Origin: Omnitrophica WOR_2 bacterium RIFOXYA2_FULL_38_17
GTDB lineage: Bacteria; Omnitrophota; Gorgyraeia; Zapsychrales; Zapsychraceae
Length of the DNA stretch: 61,664 bases
Direction of reading: 5' to 3'
Assembly: GCA_001805965.1 (NCBI GenBank)
Contig: MHHG01000018.1
Location: 4,306-65,969, forward strand
Under the pieces are notes generated by a model. The model saw nothing but the letters and a program-made list of their open reading frames with translations, did no database searches and was not told where the DNA came from. A program made the translations under genes and the position numbers. Of the stretch, positions 19,219 to 27,889 are shown piece after piece (the stretch's first letter is position 1; the number at the start of each line of letters is the position of its first letter).

Positions 19219-20015
19219 AAAATACAAATATAGCTTTATCTTTAGTGTTAGTTATATTTCTTAATCAGCAACTATCTGAAGCGAGAAGTGGGTGTTGTTC
19301 GCATCATAGCGGTGTTTGTGGTTGTCTGTGTTGTGATGGTTCGCCTCTATCATCAACATGTGCCCCCTATTATCCTTATTGTAGTACTTCTTCAAAAATT
19401 GTTCCAAAATTAGATTATCAAAAAAAGAATATTTTTCCTAATAATGTATATTCAACCACTAATGTAAAAATTAGTGAGTTGATTGATGATGTAGGTATAT
19501 TTGAAGACAAAACAAATAAAGAGTTATACAGGGTAGAACGGGTAATTGATGGGGATACGCTTCTATTAACCAGTGGCGAAAGAGTCCGATTAATAGGTAT
19601 AGATACCCCTGAGAGCAAACCTAATGACAAAGCTAAGAGAGATGCCACGCGAGAAGGTAAGGATATTGAAACTATTACTAAGATGGGCAAAGAGGCAGCT
19701 GAGTTTGTTAAAGCTTTGATTAAGCCAGGTGATGAGGTAAGGATTGAGTTTGATGTTCAAGATAGGGATAAGTATGGCAGATTATTGGCGTATGTTTATA
19801 AGTTAATATGCTTAAATGATTGTCAAATATATTTCGTTAAAGATGAATATTCCAAATTAGATGACGGGTGGTATGAGTTTATTAACGCTACGATTATCAA
19901 AGAGGGCTACGCATCACCAATGACCATTCCGCCAAATGTTAAGTATGCAGATTTGTTTAAGGAGTTGTATAAAGAAGCTCGTGAGAACAACCGAGGATTG
20001 TGGAGGGAAGAATGA
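19215..20015 (+). CDS. secreted thermonuclease (SNase-like) with Cys-rich N-terminal region
   Basis: Signal peptide; GCCSHHSGVCGCLCCDG segment; SNase core VIDGDTLLLTSGERVRLIGIDTPE...DKYGRLLAYVY...EGYA. Confidence 0.8.
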   Translation: MKNTNIALSLVLVIFLNQQLSEARSGCCSHHSGVCGCLCCDGSPLSSTCAPYYPYCSTSSKIVPKLDYQKKNIFPNNVYSTTNVKISELIDDVGIFEDKTNKELYRVERVIDGDTLLLTSGERVRLIGIDTPESKPNDKAKRDATREGKDIETITKMGKEAAEFVKALIKPGDEVRIEFDVQDRDKYGRLLAYVYKLICLNDCQIYFVKDEYSKLDDGWYEFINATIIKEGYASPMTIPPNVKYADLFKELYKEARENNRGLWREE

Positions 20016-21079
20016 AACGGATAGCTGGGTTTGTTGTAATTATATTTATTTTATGGACATTGTTGCCTTTTGCATATGCAGACGATAAGGAAGTGTACAA
20101 AGAGGGTATTAAGTATCTTGAAGCTGAAAATAACGACCTTGCTTTTCTTAAATTTAATCATATTGTAGAAATCTATATAAATTCTAAATATAGAGATGAG
20201 GCTTTATTTAGGGTTGGAGAGTATTATTTTAATTCTAAAAACTTTATACAGGCGAAAAGAAGACTTAAAGAGCATAAAGGGTCATATGCCGAGAGTATTT
20301 ATAAGGATAAAGTTGAGGTACTTTTAAAGGAGATTGAGTTGTTTGAATTGAAGAGAGAAGCGGATAAGTTTTACGATAAACGAGCATGGGAGGCAGCGTT
20401 AAGTCTTTATGAAAAAGTGCTTAGCCTCGATAAAGATAATTCTGCTGTACAGAAGAAAATTAATACTTGCAAAAAGAGCAGAGCTTATGAAACGTCCAAG
20501 TTATTAGTGCAAAAAGGTGATGCTTTATTGCAAGAAAAGCAATTTGAGAAAGCTTCAAAATTATATTCTCAGGCATTAAAGGCAGACTCTTCTAATAATT
20601 CTGCAAAAGAGAAGTTGTCTGAATGTGAAGAACGGATTTCTTTGCAAAAAGAGCAGGAAGAGCAGACAAGGGCTTTTATTCTTGAGCAGAAAGAAAAAGG
20701 TCTGGTGGAATATAATGGTAAATGGGTGACGCTTGAAGAGTATATGGAGGAGAAAGAAGCTACTGAAAAGGCTAAAGAGAAACAGTTGGAAGAATATAAA
20801 AAGAGGCGTTATTCAGATAGTACGAATTATGAGGAGATTTGTCTTTATGCAAAAGCGGCAGTTTTGTCAAACCTTAAATCTCCCTCAACAGCTAATTTTA
20901 GTGTTTGTGACAAGAACACAGTAAGTCAAAAAACAATAGGAGAGTATGAAGTTTTTGGATATGTTGATGCTAATAATCCTATGGGTGGACAGATGAGGTC
21001 TGATTGGTATGTTGTTCTGAAAGTAGATTTGTTGAATAAGTATGTTCTAAAAGATATTGATATTAACACATATGAATAA
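20012..21079 (+). CDS. secreted TPR-repeat/coiled-coil protein
   Basis: Signal peptide, TPR-like repeats, E/K-rich coiled coil. ATG 20012 overlaps the nuclease stop (ATGA); the track starts at 20000. Confidence 0.6.
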   Translation: MKRIAGFVVIIFILWTLLPFAYADDKEVYKEGIKYLEAENNDLAFLKFNHIVEIYINSKYRDEALFRVGEYYFNSKNFIQAKRRLKEHKGSYAESIYKDKVEVLLKEIELFELKREADKFYDKRAWEAALSLYEKVLSLDKDNSAVQKKINTCKKSRAYETSKLLVQKGDALLQEKQFEKASKLYSQALKADSSNNSAKEKLSECEERISLQKEQEEQTRAFILEQKEKGLVEYNGKWVTLEEYMEEKEATEKAKEKQLEEYKKRRYSDSTNYEEICLYAKAAVLSNLKSPSTANFSVCDKNTVSQKTIGEYEVFGYVDANNPMGGQMRSDWYVVLKVDLLNKYVLKDIDINTYE

Positions 21080-21085
21080 TTCTGT

Positions 21086-21382
21086 TTGGGGCTGGTATTT
21101 AAGGAGTTATATAAAGAGGCTCGAGATAATAATAGAGGGTTATGGGGTAATGATGCTCCATCGCATAACAAGAATTTATCCGAATGTCAAAAGGCAGGTG
21201 GTCGGTTAACAAAAACAAGGGAATGTGATGGTTCTGAAAGTGTTTGGTGTTTCATCTCGGAAAAGGAAGAATGTTATGCAGACCAAGTTAGCAAGGGAAA
21301 GTGTACGGTTGGAGAATATTCAGAGGAGTTAAGAGGAATTGTTGGTATTAGTCCACGAGTTCTTTGTGATAGTGAACAATAA
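21086..21382 (+). pseudogene. remnant of a second SNase gene (C-terminal tail only) joined to a Cys-rich segment
   Basis: FKELYKEARDNNRGLWG repeats the last residues of the 19215-20015 nuclease (FKELYKEARENNRGLW). The nucleotide similarity between 19957-20005 and 21095-21145 is visible by eye. No nuclease core is present. Confidence 0.45.
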
Positions 21383-21391
21383 AAAGGAGTT

Positions 21392-21634
21392 GTGAAAATC
21401 AAAAAAACATTTAACAAAAAAGCCTCAGCATTAATTGTTGTATTAATTGCTCTTGTAATTATTGCAATAATGTTTTCTTTAAGTATGCGTAAAAAAGAAC
21501 CTGGAGCTAACAATAATTCAAAAGGATTCTTAAAGGAATCGGGAGTGGATGCTTCAAGTTATAAAAGTACGCTTGATAGCACAAAAAAAGTTATAGCAGA
21601 CGTGGAAGCTTCACGAGAAAATGTGGATTATTAA
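21392..21634 (+). CDS. small single-pass membrane protein
   Basis: GTG start after AAGGAG; hydrophobic helix ALIVVLIALVIIAIMF. Confidence 0.4.
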   Translation: MKIKKTFNKKASALIVVLIALVIIAIMFSLSMRKKEPGANNNSKGFLKESGVDASSYKSTLDSTKKVIADVEASRENVDY

Positions 21635-21660
21635 ATTTTAGGGGTACAATTATTATCTAG

Positions 21661-21684
21661 GCAAGCCGAAAGGTTTGTCTTTTT
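21661..21684 (+). terminator. rho-independent terminator (GAAA tetraloop)
   Basis: CAAGCC-GAAA-GGTTTG stem-loop followed by TCTTTTT. Confidence 0.5.
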
Positions 21685-21733
21685 CTGTGTTGATAAATTA
21701 ATTGGACTATAAATATTTCCAGTAGGAGTTCCT

Positions 21734-22060
21734 ATGAATATATTTAAAGCAGTATTTCGAACTCAAAAACAAGACTGTATCCATTTATATGATGAAGCTA
21801 AAAAGAAAAAACCTGGTAAGGCAGAAAAAGAATATTTAAAGCTTATATTATTAACAAAGCCACCGTTTGATTATCAGATTGATATAGTACTGGAAAGAAT
21901 TTTGAAAGATTTTAAGTCAATAGATAAATTAGCAGATTTTATAGATAAAATACCTGTCGATGATGATATGTGGAAAAGCAGAGCAAGAAATATTAAAATT
22001 TACAAAAAACAAATAGAGCATAGAAATATGTTATTCTTTAAAGAATTTTGGTTAGAATAA
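21734..22060 (+). CDS. hypothetical protein
   Basis: 108-aa ORF with RBS AGGAG upstream. No recognisable family. Confidence 0.4.
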   Translation: MNIFKAVFRTQKQDCIHLYDEAKKKKPGKAEKEYLKLILLTKPPFDYQIDIVLERILKDFKSIDKLADFIDKIPVDDDMWKSRARNIKIYKKQIEHRNMLFFKEFWLE

Positions 22061-22229
22061 AAGTTTTAGAAGTAAAATGTTAATTATTATAAGAAGGATC
22101 GTAAATGACTTTCAGGTAGATACTCTGATGGTCGGATTAGTCCAAGATGCTTTACAAATTATATAAATAGTTATAATATAAGAACTTAAGTTTCTGTGTA
22201 AATTTGTTGTGTATTCTAAGGTTTTTTGT

Positions 22230-22247
22230 GCTAACCGGGTGCTAACA
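22230..22247 (+). repeat. junction motif copy 2: GCTAACCgggtGCTAACA
   Basis: Same 7-bp direct repeat with 11-bp phasing. The degenerate palindrome CTGATGGTCGG lies at 22135-22145. Confidence 0.7.
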
Positions 22248-22276
22248 AATTGTTTGTTTTTTCCGGAAGTAATTTT

Positions 22277-23434
22277 ATGAAAAGAAAAAAGAATATATTA
22301 TTGAACTCTAAACCGGAATATTATGATGATATTCTAATTCACCCGATTATTTTTGATGGAATAAAGAAGGTGTATTCAGTTGAAATATGGTTAAGACGTA
22401 TATTCATGATAATTCTTGATATTTCCTATGGAAAGGACTATGCAGATAAGATTCCTAAAGAGTTAAGGCAGAAGTTAATTGATAGGATGCGCCCTTTTAA
22501 GGATTTAGCGTATGTTTATGAGAGGAAGAGTTGGCATCTTATTGAGACAGCGTGGCTTGATGAATTTGGATCATTATTAATAGATAATGAGGTTAAAAGT
22601 CTTTTTAGGGATTTTACAGGGACAACCGTAGGAATGTTTAAAGAGAATATAAAAGGGTTTATTAACTTAAGAAATCTTATAGCGCATAATCATGGATTTT
22701 CGGTCGAAGCAATGTCTGAGCTTGAACGCCTAGAAAAGTATTTTAAAAAAATGAGAAAAATTTTTCTAAAAAATATTTACAACAACAGTATTAAAAATAT
22801 CTATTCCAATGTAGCAATGAAAGACCCATCAGGACAAAAGTATTCCATTGATGGTTATATGTCTGTTGGTTCAAAATTTGATATTACCGAAGATGGCGAG
22901 ATTCCTTTTAAACCTGATGAGGAAATATTTTTATATAAGATACTCAAAAACAATATTGATCTTAAATGGCCCCTATCAATTCATGTAGACAAGCTAAAAC
23001 ATAATTATGTGATTACATATGTTAACCAAGATAATAAATTAAGAGTAGAAGGAGATCCCTCCTTTTCTAAAGTATCAGAGAAGAATTACTCAGCGCTTGT
23101 TGATAAATTCTCTATGATTGACGATATTGTTTCCGCATTTTTAGTTTGTAAGTACTATATAGTATTTTTGATACCTACAGCACTGGTAAAAGATAATCCA
23201 ATAAAAAAGGCTGATGTTCTAATGAATGCTATTAGCGAGATCCATAGGGATTTATTTTCTAAAAGAAAGTCTATAAAAAAGGAAAAATTTGAGAATTATT
23301 TCTATCCCAAGATATGGTTGCTAGACAAAATAATGAAGGAAAATAAGAGCTTTATGACTGTCTGGAAAGATGATTCAGTAGGCTTACAGATTCCTATAGG
23401 AAATGATCCGCTTGATATTGATTCGGATGATTAA
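22277..23434 (+). CDS. Swt1-like HEPN domain protein with an uncharacterised C-terminal domain
   Basis: N-terminal EIWLRRIFMIILDISYGKDYADKIPKELRQK ... INLRNLIAHNHG (Rx4H HEPN motif in the RNxxAH form), plus about 200 aa of unknown sequence. ATG 22277 is preferred over TTG 22250. Confidence 0.65.
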   Translation: MKRKKNILLNSKPEYYDDILIHPIIFDGIKKVYSVEIWLRRIFMIILDISYGKDYADKIPKELRQKLIDRMRPFKDLAYVYERKSWHLIETAWLDEFGSLLIDNEVKSLFRDFTGTTVGMFKENIKGFINLRNLIAHNHGFSVEAMSELERLEKYFKKMRKIFLKNIYNNSIKNIYSNVAMKDPSGQKYSIDGYMSVGSKFDITEDGEIPFKPDEEIFLYKILKNNIDLKWPLSIHVDKLKHNYVITYVNQDNKLRVEGDPSFSKVSEKNYSALVDKFSMIDDIVSAFLVCKYYIVFLIPTALVKDNPIKKADVLMNAISEIHRDLFSKRKSIKKEKFENYFYPKIWLLDKIMKENKSFMTVWKDDSVGLQIPIGNDPLDIDSDD

Positions 23435-23533
23435 TCTAGGGGACATTAGGTCGGCACCCTGAAGGTCAGGGATAGATAAGCATCTCAAATTAAATAGGTT
23501 AAGGAATAGAAATGCTGCCCTGGCTATCAGGGG

Positions 23534-23551
23534 GCTAACATTCGACTAAAC
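23534..23551 (+). repeat. junction motif copy 3: GCTAACAttcgACTAAAC
   Basis: 11-bp phased repeat. CCTGAAGGTCAG lies at 23458-23469. Confidence 0.7.
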
Positions 23552-23562
23552 TATAAAATGAA

Positions 23563-25533
23563 ATGGGAGAACTAATGAATATAAAAGAATTACTAGATTT
23601 GATTTTTAAGAATCCTAATACTAAATATGGACTGGTAGAATTCGAAGGTATTAATTTTGAACAAGTTCTTTCGATATCTGAGGATAAAGGAAAGTATTTT
23701 GTTAATTGCTTAAAGAGAAATAAGCCTATTCAGATTTACTCTGATAAAAAATCGGCTCCTGAAGAAATTATTCGGCAGCTCTGGCTATATAAGCTTCTTA
23801 ATTATTACGGCTATCCACTTGACAAGATAGAAGTTGAGAAAGAAATCCATTTCGGCACGCAAGTAAAGGAAAAAGCAGCAGATATCATTGTATTTCAGGA
23901 TGATGGTAAAACACCGAGGATAATCATCGAGTGTAAAAAACCAGAACGTGATGATGGAATAGATCAGCTAAAATCATATTTGAATGCTGAGGGTGCTGTT
24001 ATTGGAGTTTGGTCGAATGGAGCTGAAAGAGTTATTCTTTATCGTCCCTATCCTAAAGAATTTGAAGATACTTTGACTGACATTCCAAAGCGTGATCAGA
24101 CCATTGATGAGGTGTTAGATGAAAAATGGACACTTGAGCATATAAGGACTAATCGTGATCATTACAACATCAAAAGTATTATTCAGCAGTTGGAGGAGTT
24201 AGTTCTCGCCAATTCCGGCGAGGATGTGTTCAATGAAATCTTTAAGCTCATTTATGCAAAACTTTATGATGAGAAAGAAGCACGTAATCGTCCGGGCCAT
24301 GAAGTTCACTTTGTTAAATCAAAAGACCCACGAGTTACTTATGAAAGAATTAATAAATTGTTTAAGGGAGCTATTCAAAAATGGCCAGGTATTTTTCTTC
24401 CCCAAGAAAGCATTAGATTGTCTCCAGAACATCTTAATGTGTGTACGGGTCCTTTGCAAAAAACATTATTCCTTGATGACCGTAACCTGACCGTAATGGA
24501 CCAAACATTTGAGTATCTTATGCCAGATGTTGCTAAATCTAAACAAGGGCAGTATTTTACGCCACGTCATGTGATCGATATGTGTGTAAAGATGCTTAAT
24601 CCTAAGAAGAACGAATATGTTATCGATCCAGCATGTGGGTCTGCTGGGTTTCTTGTGCACGCTATGCAGTGGGTTTGGGATAATGATTTAAAGCATGGTG
24701 ATAAAGAATCACAAGTTGAATATGCATCTGAATGTCTATGGGGGATTGATTTCGAAGAAAAAGCAGTAAAAATTGCAAGAGCGTTGATGCTTATTGCTGG
24801 AGATGGTCGATCGCACATTTTCAAGCTTAATTCACTTGACCCAAAGGATTGGATGTTTGATGATTCGGAACGATTAGATGCGCGTGGGAAGCTTTCTAAA
24901 ATGTTACAGCAATTAGAAAATTACGAGCAAAACGAAGATAATAAGAAAAACTTTCGATATTTTAATTTTGATGTGGTGCTTACGAATCCCCCGTTTGCTG
25001 GAGAAATTAAGCAAAAAGATTTGCTTAAGAATTTTTATCTTGCGCGAAATAAACAAGGGAAGATACCGAACAAGGTTGAGCGCGATATTCTATTTATTGA
25101 ACGTGATTTGAACTTTCTCAAACCAGGCGGACGTATGGCCATTGTCCTTCCCCAAGGTAAATTTAACAATACCAATACAGAGTTTATCCGTAACTATCTT
25201 TTTGAAAAAACACGCATTCTTGCAGTGGTTGGATTAGACACTAACACTTTTAAGTTACCTGCGCCTGCTAAAGGAACTAGTACAAAGACAAGTATATTGT
25301 TTGTACAAAAATGGAAAGAGGATGAAAAGCCTCTGACTGATTACCCTATTTTTATGGCCACAAGCCAAAAGACAGGAAAAAATAACAGTGGAGACTATAT
25401 CTACAAAAAAGATGATCATGGGAACTATGTTGAAAATGAATATGGAGAGCGACTTGTTGATCATGATTTAAATGAAATTGCAGAAGGTTTTATAAATTTT
25501 GCAAAAGAACAACATTTTGATTTCTGGGGATAA
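23563..25533 (+). CDS. N6-adenine DNA methyltransferase (HsdM/gamma class) with an N-terminal HsdR_N-type PD-(D/E)xK domain
   Basis: AADIIVFQDDGKTPRIIIECKKP (D...ExK); motif I VIDPACGSAGFLV; motif IV LTNPPFAG. 656 aa. An alternative start lies at 23575. Confidence 0.85.
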   Translation: MGELMNIKELLDLIFKNPNTKYGLVEFEGINFEQVLSISEDKGKYFVNCLKRNKPIQIYSDKKSAPEEIIRQLWLYKLLNYYGYPLDKIEVEKEIHFGTQVKEKAADIIVFQDDGKTPRIIIECKKPERDDGIDQLKSYLNAEGAVIGVWSNGAERVILYRPYPKEFEDTLTDIPKRDQTIDEVLDEKWTLEHIRTNRDHYNIKSIIQQLEELVLANSGEDVFNEIFKLIYAKLYDEKEARNRPGHEVHFVKSKDPRVTYERINKLFKGAIQKWPGIFLPQESIRLSPEHLNVCTGPLQKTLFLDDRNLTVMDQTFEYLMPDVAKSKQGQYFTPRHVIDMCVKMLNPKKNEYVIDPACGSAGFLVHAMQWVWDNDLKHGDKESQVEYASECLWGIDFEEKAVKIARALMLIAGDGRSHIFKLNSLDPKDWMFDDSERLDARGKLSKMLQQLENYEQNEDNKKNFRYFNFDVVLTNPPFAGEIKQKDLLKNFYLARNKQGKIPNKVERDILFIERDLNFLKPGGRMAIVLPQGKFNNTNTEFIRNYLFEKTRILAVVGLDTNTFKLPAPAKGTSTKTSILFVQKWKEDEKPLTDYPIFMATSQKTGKNNSGDYIYKKDDHGNYVENEYGERLVDHDLNEIAEGFINFAKEQHFDFWG

Positions 25534-25538
25534 ATATA

Positions 25539-26048
25539 ATGACTGATTTGAACCAGAAAGAGAAAATAAATGAATGGTATACACAAGCACTGCATGAACA
25601 GTTTAATCCATTTATTAAATTATGGATCAGTTTTAATGGGTGGTATAAATGGAAGTTTCCGGATGCGAATACAGATAAAAAGGCAATTGATAAATGCAAA
25701 CAAAGCGGGGATCTTTTAACCTATTATCAGCGATGTTTTTCAGATAATCAATTTTGTGATTACCTTGATAGACTCGGCAGGGAATTGAATACACGCCCAC
25801 TTGAGAATTTAACGCGCCCGAGAGATAAAAAATTGGTACTGAGCAAGCTTGAAGATGAACAGGGGAACATTAGCTATCTTGATAACAGTACTGAGGCATT
25901 TAAGAATTATTTAGATGTGATATACCGTGTAAGATGCAATCTTTTCCATTGCGAGAAATCGCCTAATAGTGAGAGAGATAAACTAATAGTTGAGTGCGCA
26001 TATAAAACATTAAGTTCAATGATGAAGCAGATTATTGATACTTTTTAA
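25539..26048 (+). CDS. small HEPN-like protein embedded between the methyltransferase and specificity genes
   Basis: YLDVIYRVRCNLFHCEKS carries an Rx4H motif in an all-helical 169-aa protein. It sits 5 nt after the methyltransferase stop and 12 nt before hsdS. Confidence 0.5.
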   Translation: MTDLNQKEKINEWYTQALHEQFNPFIKLWISFNGWYKWKFPDANTDKKAIDKCKQSGDLLTYYQRCFSDNQFCDYLDRLGRELNTRPLENLTRPRDKKLVLSKLEDEQGNISYLDNSTEAFKNYLDVIYRVRCNLFHCEKSPNSERDKLIVECAYKTLSSMMKQIIDTF

Positions 26049-26060
26049 GGAGCAAATCAA

Positions 26061-27437
26061 ATGGCTGTTTGGTCAATAATAAATAAAAATGAAATTGAAG
26101 GTTCATCTCGAATAGATGCTGAATATTATCAACCCAACATCTTAGATGCCGCTAATGCGGTATTAAAATCTTCCCATAGCACTTTGGGGTCATTGGTTAA
26201 AAATGGTTATCGTGTTGTATATGAAAATACAAAAATATTAACTGAAGAAGAAGTGAATCACGATAAAGATTGTTTGTTTATGCAAGCAGCTAACATTTCG
26301 AGTGATGGTTTGTCTTTTGATGTTGAAAATATGGGATATGTGCATGAAGCTGATTGGATTAGATATCCTAAGGGGAGAGTGAATGAAGGCGAAATTCTAA
26401 TTGAAGTCAAAGGCCAGGCAGAAAAAGTCGCAATTGTTCCGTCTTATGTTCCTGAACGAACACTTGTAAGCGGGACTTTATACAAATTATGTTTGAAAAA
26501 AGGGCTATCCCATGAATATTTATTTGCATACATGAGTAGTAGATATGGGAAATTGTTAAGGGATAGATTGAAAACAAATACCTTGATCGCATATGTTTCA
26601 AAGCCAGATTTGTACTCTATTCCTGTTTATTTACCAGGCAAAGAAACAGAGCAAGAGATTAAAGAGCTTATCAAAGAATCGTATAAAGTTGTGCAAGAAG
26701 CTAAATCTATGTATTCTAAGGCAGAAGAGATAGTATTAGTTGAAATAGGATTAAGGAAATTAGATATAAAAGATGATTTATTTTATACTGCATCGTTAAA
26801 CGAGGTAAAAGATTGTAATCGTATTGATGCTGAGTATTATATCCCAAAATACAAAATTTTAATGCACCATATTGCTAAATTTTCTCCTCAACAATTAGAT
26901 GATCTTGGTAGATTTAAAAAAGGCATAGAGCCTGGCAGTGAGAAATATGAAGATCAAGGAGCTCCGTTCATCCGGGTTAGCAACATATCTAAGATGGAGT
27001 TGAACGATAATAATCAGAAGTATTTAGCAAAAGAATATTACAATGAATTAAGAAGAAATTATGAGCCCAAGATAGATGAAATGTTGCTTACTAAAGATGC
27101 TACACCCGGGATTGCATATATCTTAAAAGAAAAGGTGGAAGGCATTATATCAGGAGGAATTATTCGAGTTAAATTAAATCCAGGAGTAAAAAAAGAATAT
27201 GTGGCCCTTGTTATTAATTCGCTTATAGGGCAAATGCAGATTAAACGTGATGCTGGGGGAGCTATTATAAATCACTGGAGACCCGATCAGATTAGAGCTA
27301 TGGTAATTCCCATGCTTAGTCAACCAATACAAGAAAAAATAGAAGAAATATGTTTAGAGTCATTCAATAAAAGAAAAGAAGGAAAACGATTGCTAGAACA
27401 AGCAAAAAGTAAAATTGAGGCAATGATTGATAGGTAA
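26061..27437 (+). CDS. hsdS: restriction-modification specificity subunit (HsdS-like, two target recognition domains)
   Basis: Two repeats of the conserved RIDAEYY segment (residues around 17 and 253), each followed by a variable TRD, and a coiled C-terminal conserved region. Confidence 0.85.
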   Translation: MAVWSIINKNEIEGSSRIDAEYYQPNILDAANAVLKSSHSTLGSLVKNGYRVVYENTKILTEEEVNHDKDCLFMQAANISSDGLSFDVENMGYVHEADWIRYPKGRVNEGEILIEVKGQAEKVAIVPSYVPERTLVSGTLYKLCLKKGLSHEYLFAYMSSRYGKLLRDRLKTNTLIAYVSKPDLYSIPVYLPGKETEQEIKELIKESYKVVQEAKSMYSKAEEIVLVEIGLRKLDIKDDLFYTASLNEVKDCNRIDAEYYIPKYKILMHHIAKFSPQQLDDLGRFKKGIEPGSEKYEDQGAPFIRVSNISKMELNDNNQKYLAKEYYNELRRNYEPKIDEMLLTKDATPGIAYILKEKVEGIISGGIIRVKLNPGVKKEYVALVINSLIGQMQIKRDAGGAIINHWRPDQIRAMVIPMLSQPIQEKIEEICLESFNKRKEGKRLLEQAKSKIEAMIDR

Positions 27438-27465
27438 GTGTATTGGATTTATTGTGTGACGATAA

Positions 27466-27714
27466 TTGACTTTGGCCAGAAAAAACAAACATAAGATAAT
27501 AGATAAAAGAATGAAAACAAAAAGAACGAAAAAAAATGACAGTATTTGTCCTGATTATAATCCAGAGATATGTAAATATGTTGATTCGCCAAGAATTTGT
27601 GCATTTGTAAGAAGCGACAAAAAGTGTAAAAAACCAAGTAAGACCGGGAAGAATGCCATAGAAAACTCGAAATCAAAAACTAGGAGCAAATCAAATGGGC
27701 TTCGACCTAAGTAG
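27466..27714 (+). CDS. small, very basic Cys-containing protein (uncertain gene)
   Basis: K/R-rich 82-aa ORF with CPDYNPEICKYVDSPRICAFVRSDKKCKK. TTG start, or ATG at 27511. Its 3' end overlaps the next start. Confidence 0.3.
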   Translation: MTLARKNKHKIIDKRMKTKRTKKNDSICPDYNPEICKYVDSPRICAFVRSDKKCKKPSKTGKNAIENSKSKTRSKSNGLRPK

Positions 27715-27889
27715 AAATAGTATTGTTTTATCAGAATCAGAGCGTGATTTACTGAAAGAATTGTGCGTAAAGCACGGAGTCTCTACAGCTATGCTTGAAG
27801 ATCTACTCAAAGTAGAAAAAGAATATCAGCTTAAAGAGCGCAGATTTGGTATTTATGAGAAGTTGCGGCAGATAATAGAGGCGTATTGA
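27695..27889 (+). CDS. small helical protein upstream of the DndD-like gene
   Basis: 64-aa ORF with RBS AGGAG 7 nt upstream. Its stop overlaps the start region of the DndD-like gene. Confidence 0.5.
   Translation: MGFDLSRNSIVLSESERDLLKELCVKHGVSTAMLEDLLKVEKEYQLKERRFGIYEKLRQIIEAY

Noticed and set aside
23563-27437. A canonical three-subunit Type I restriction-modification system.
   Set aside because: No HsdR-type SF2 helicase/nuclease gene is present anywhere in the 61.6 kb. I interpret the locus as an M(+nuclease-like domain)/S pair instead.
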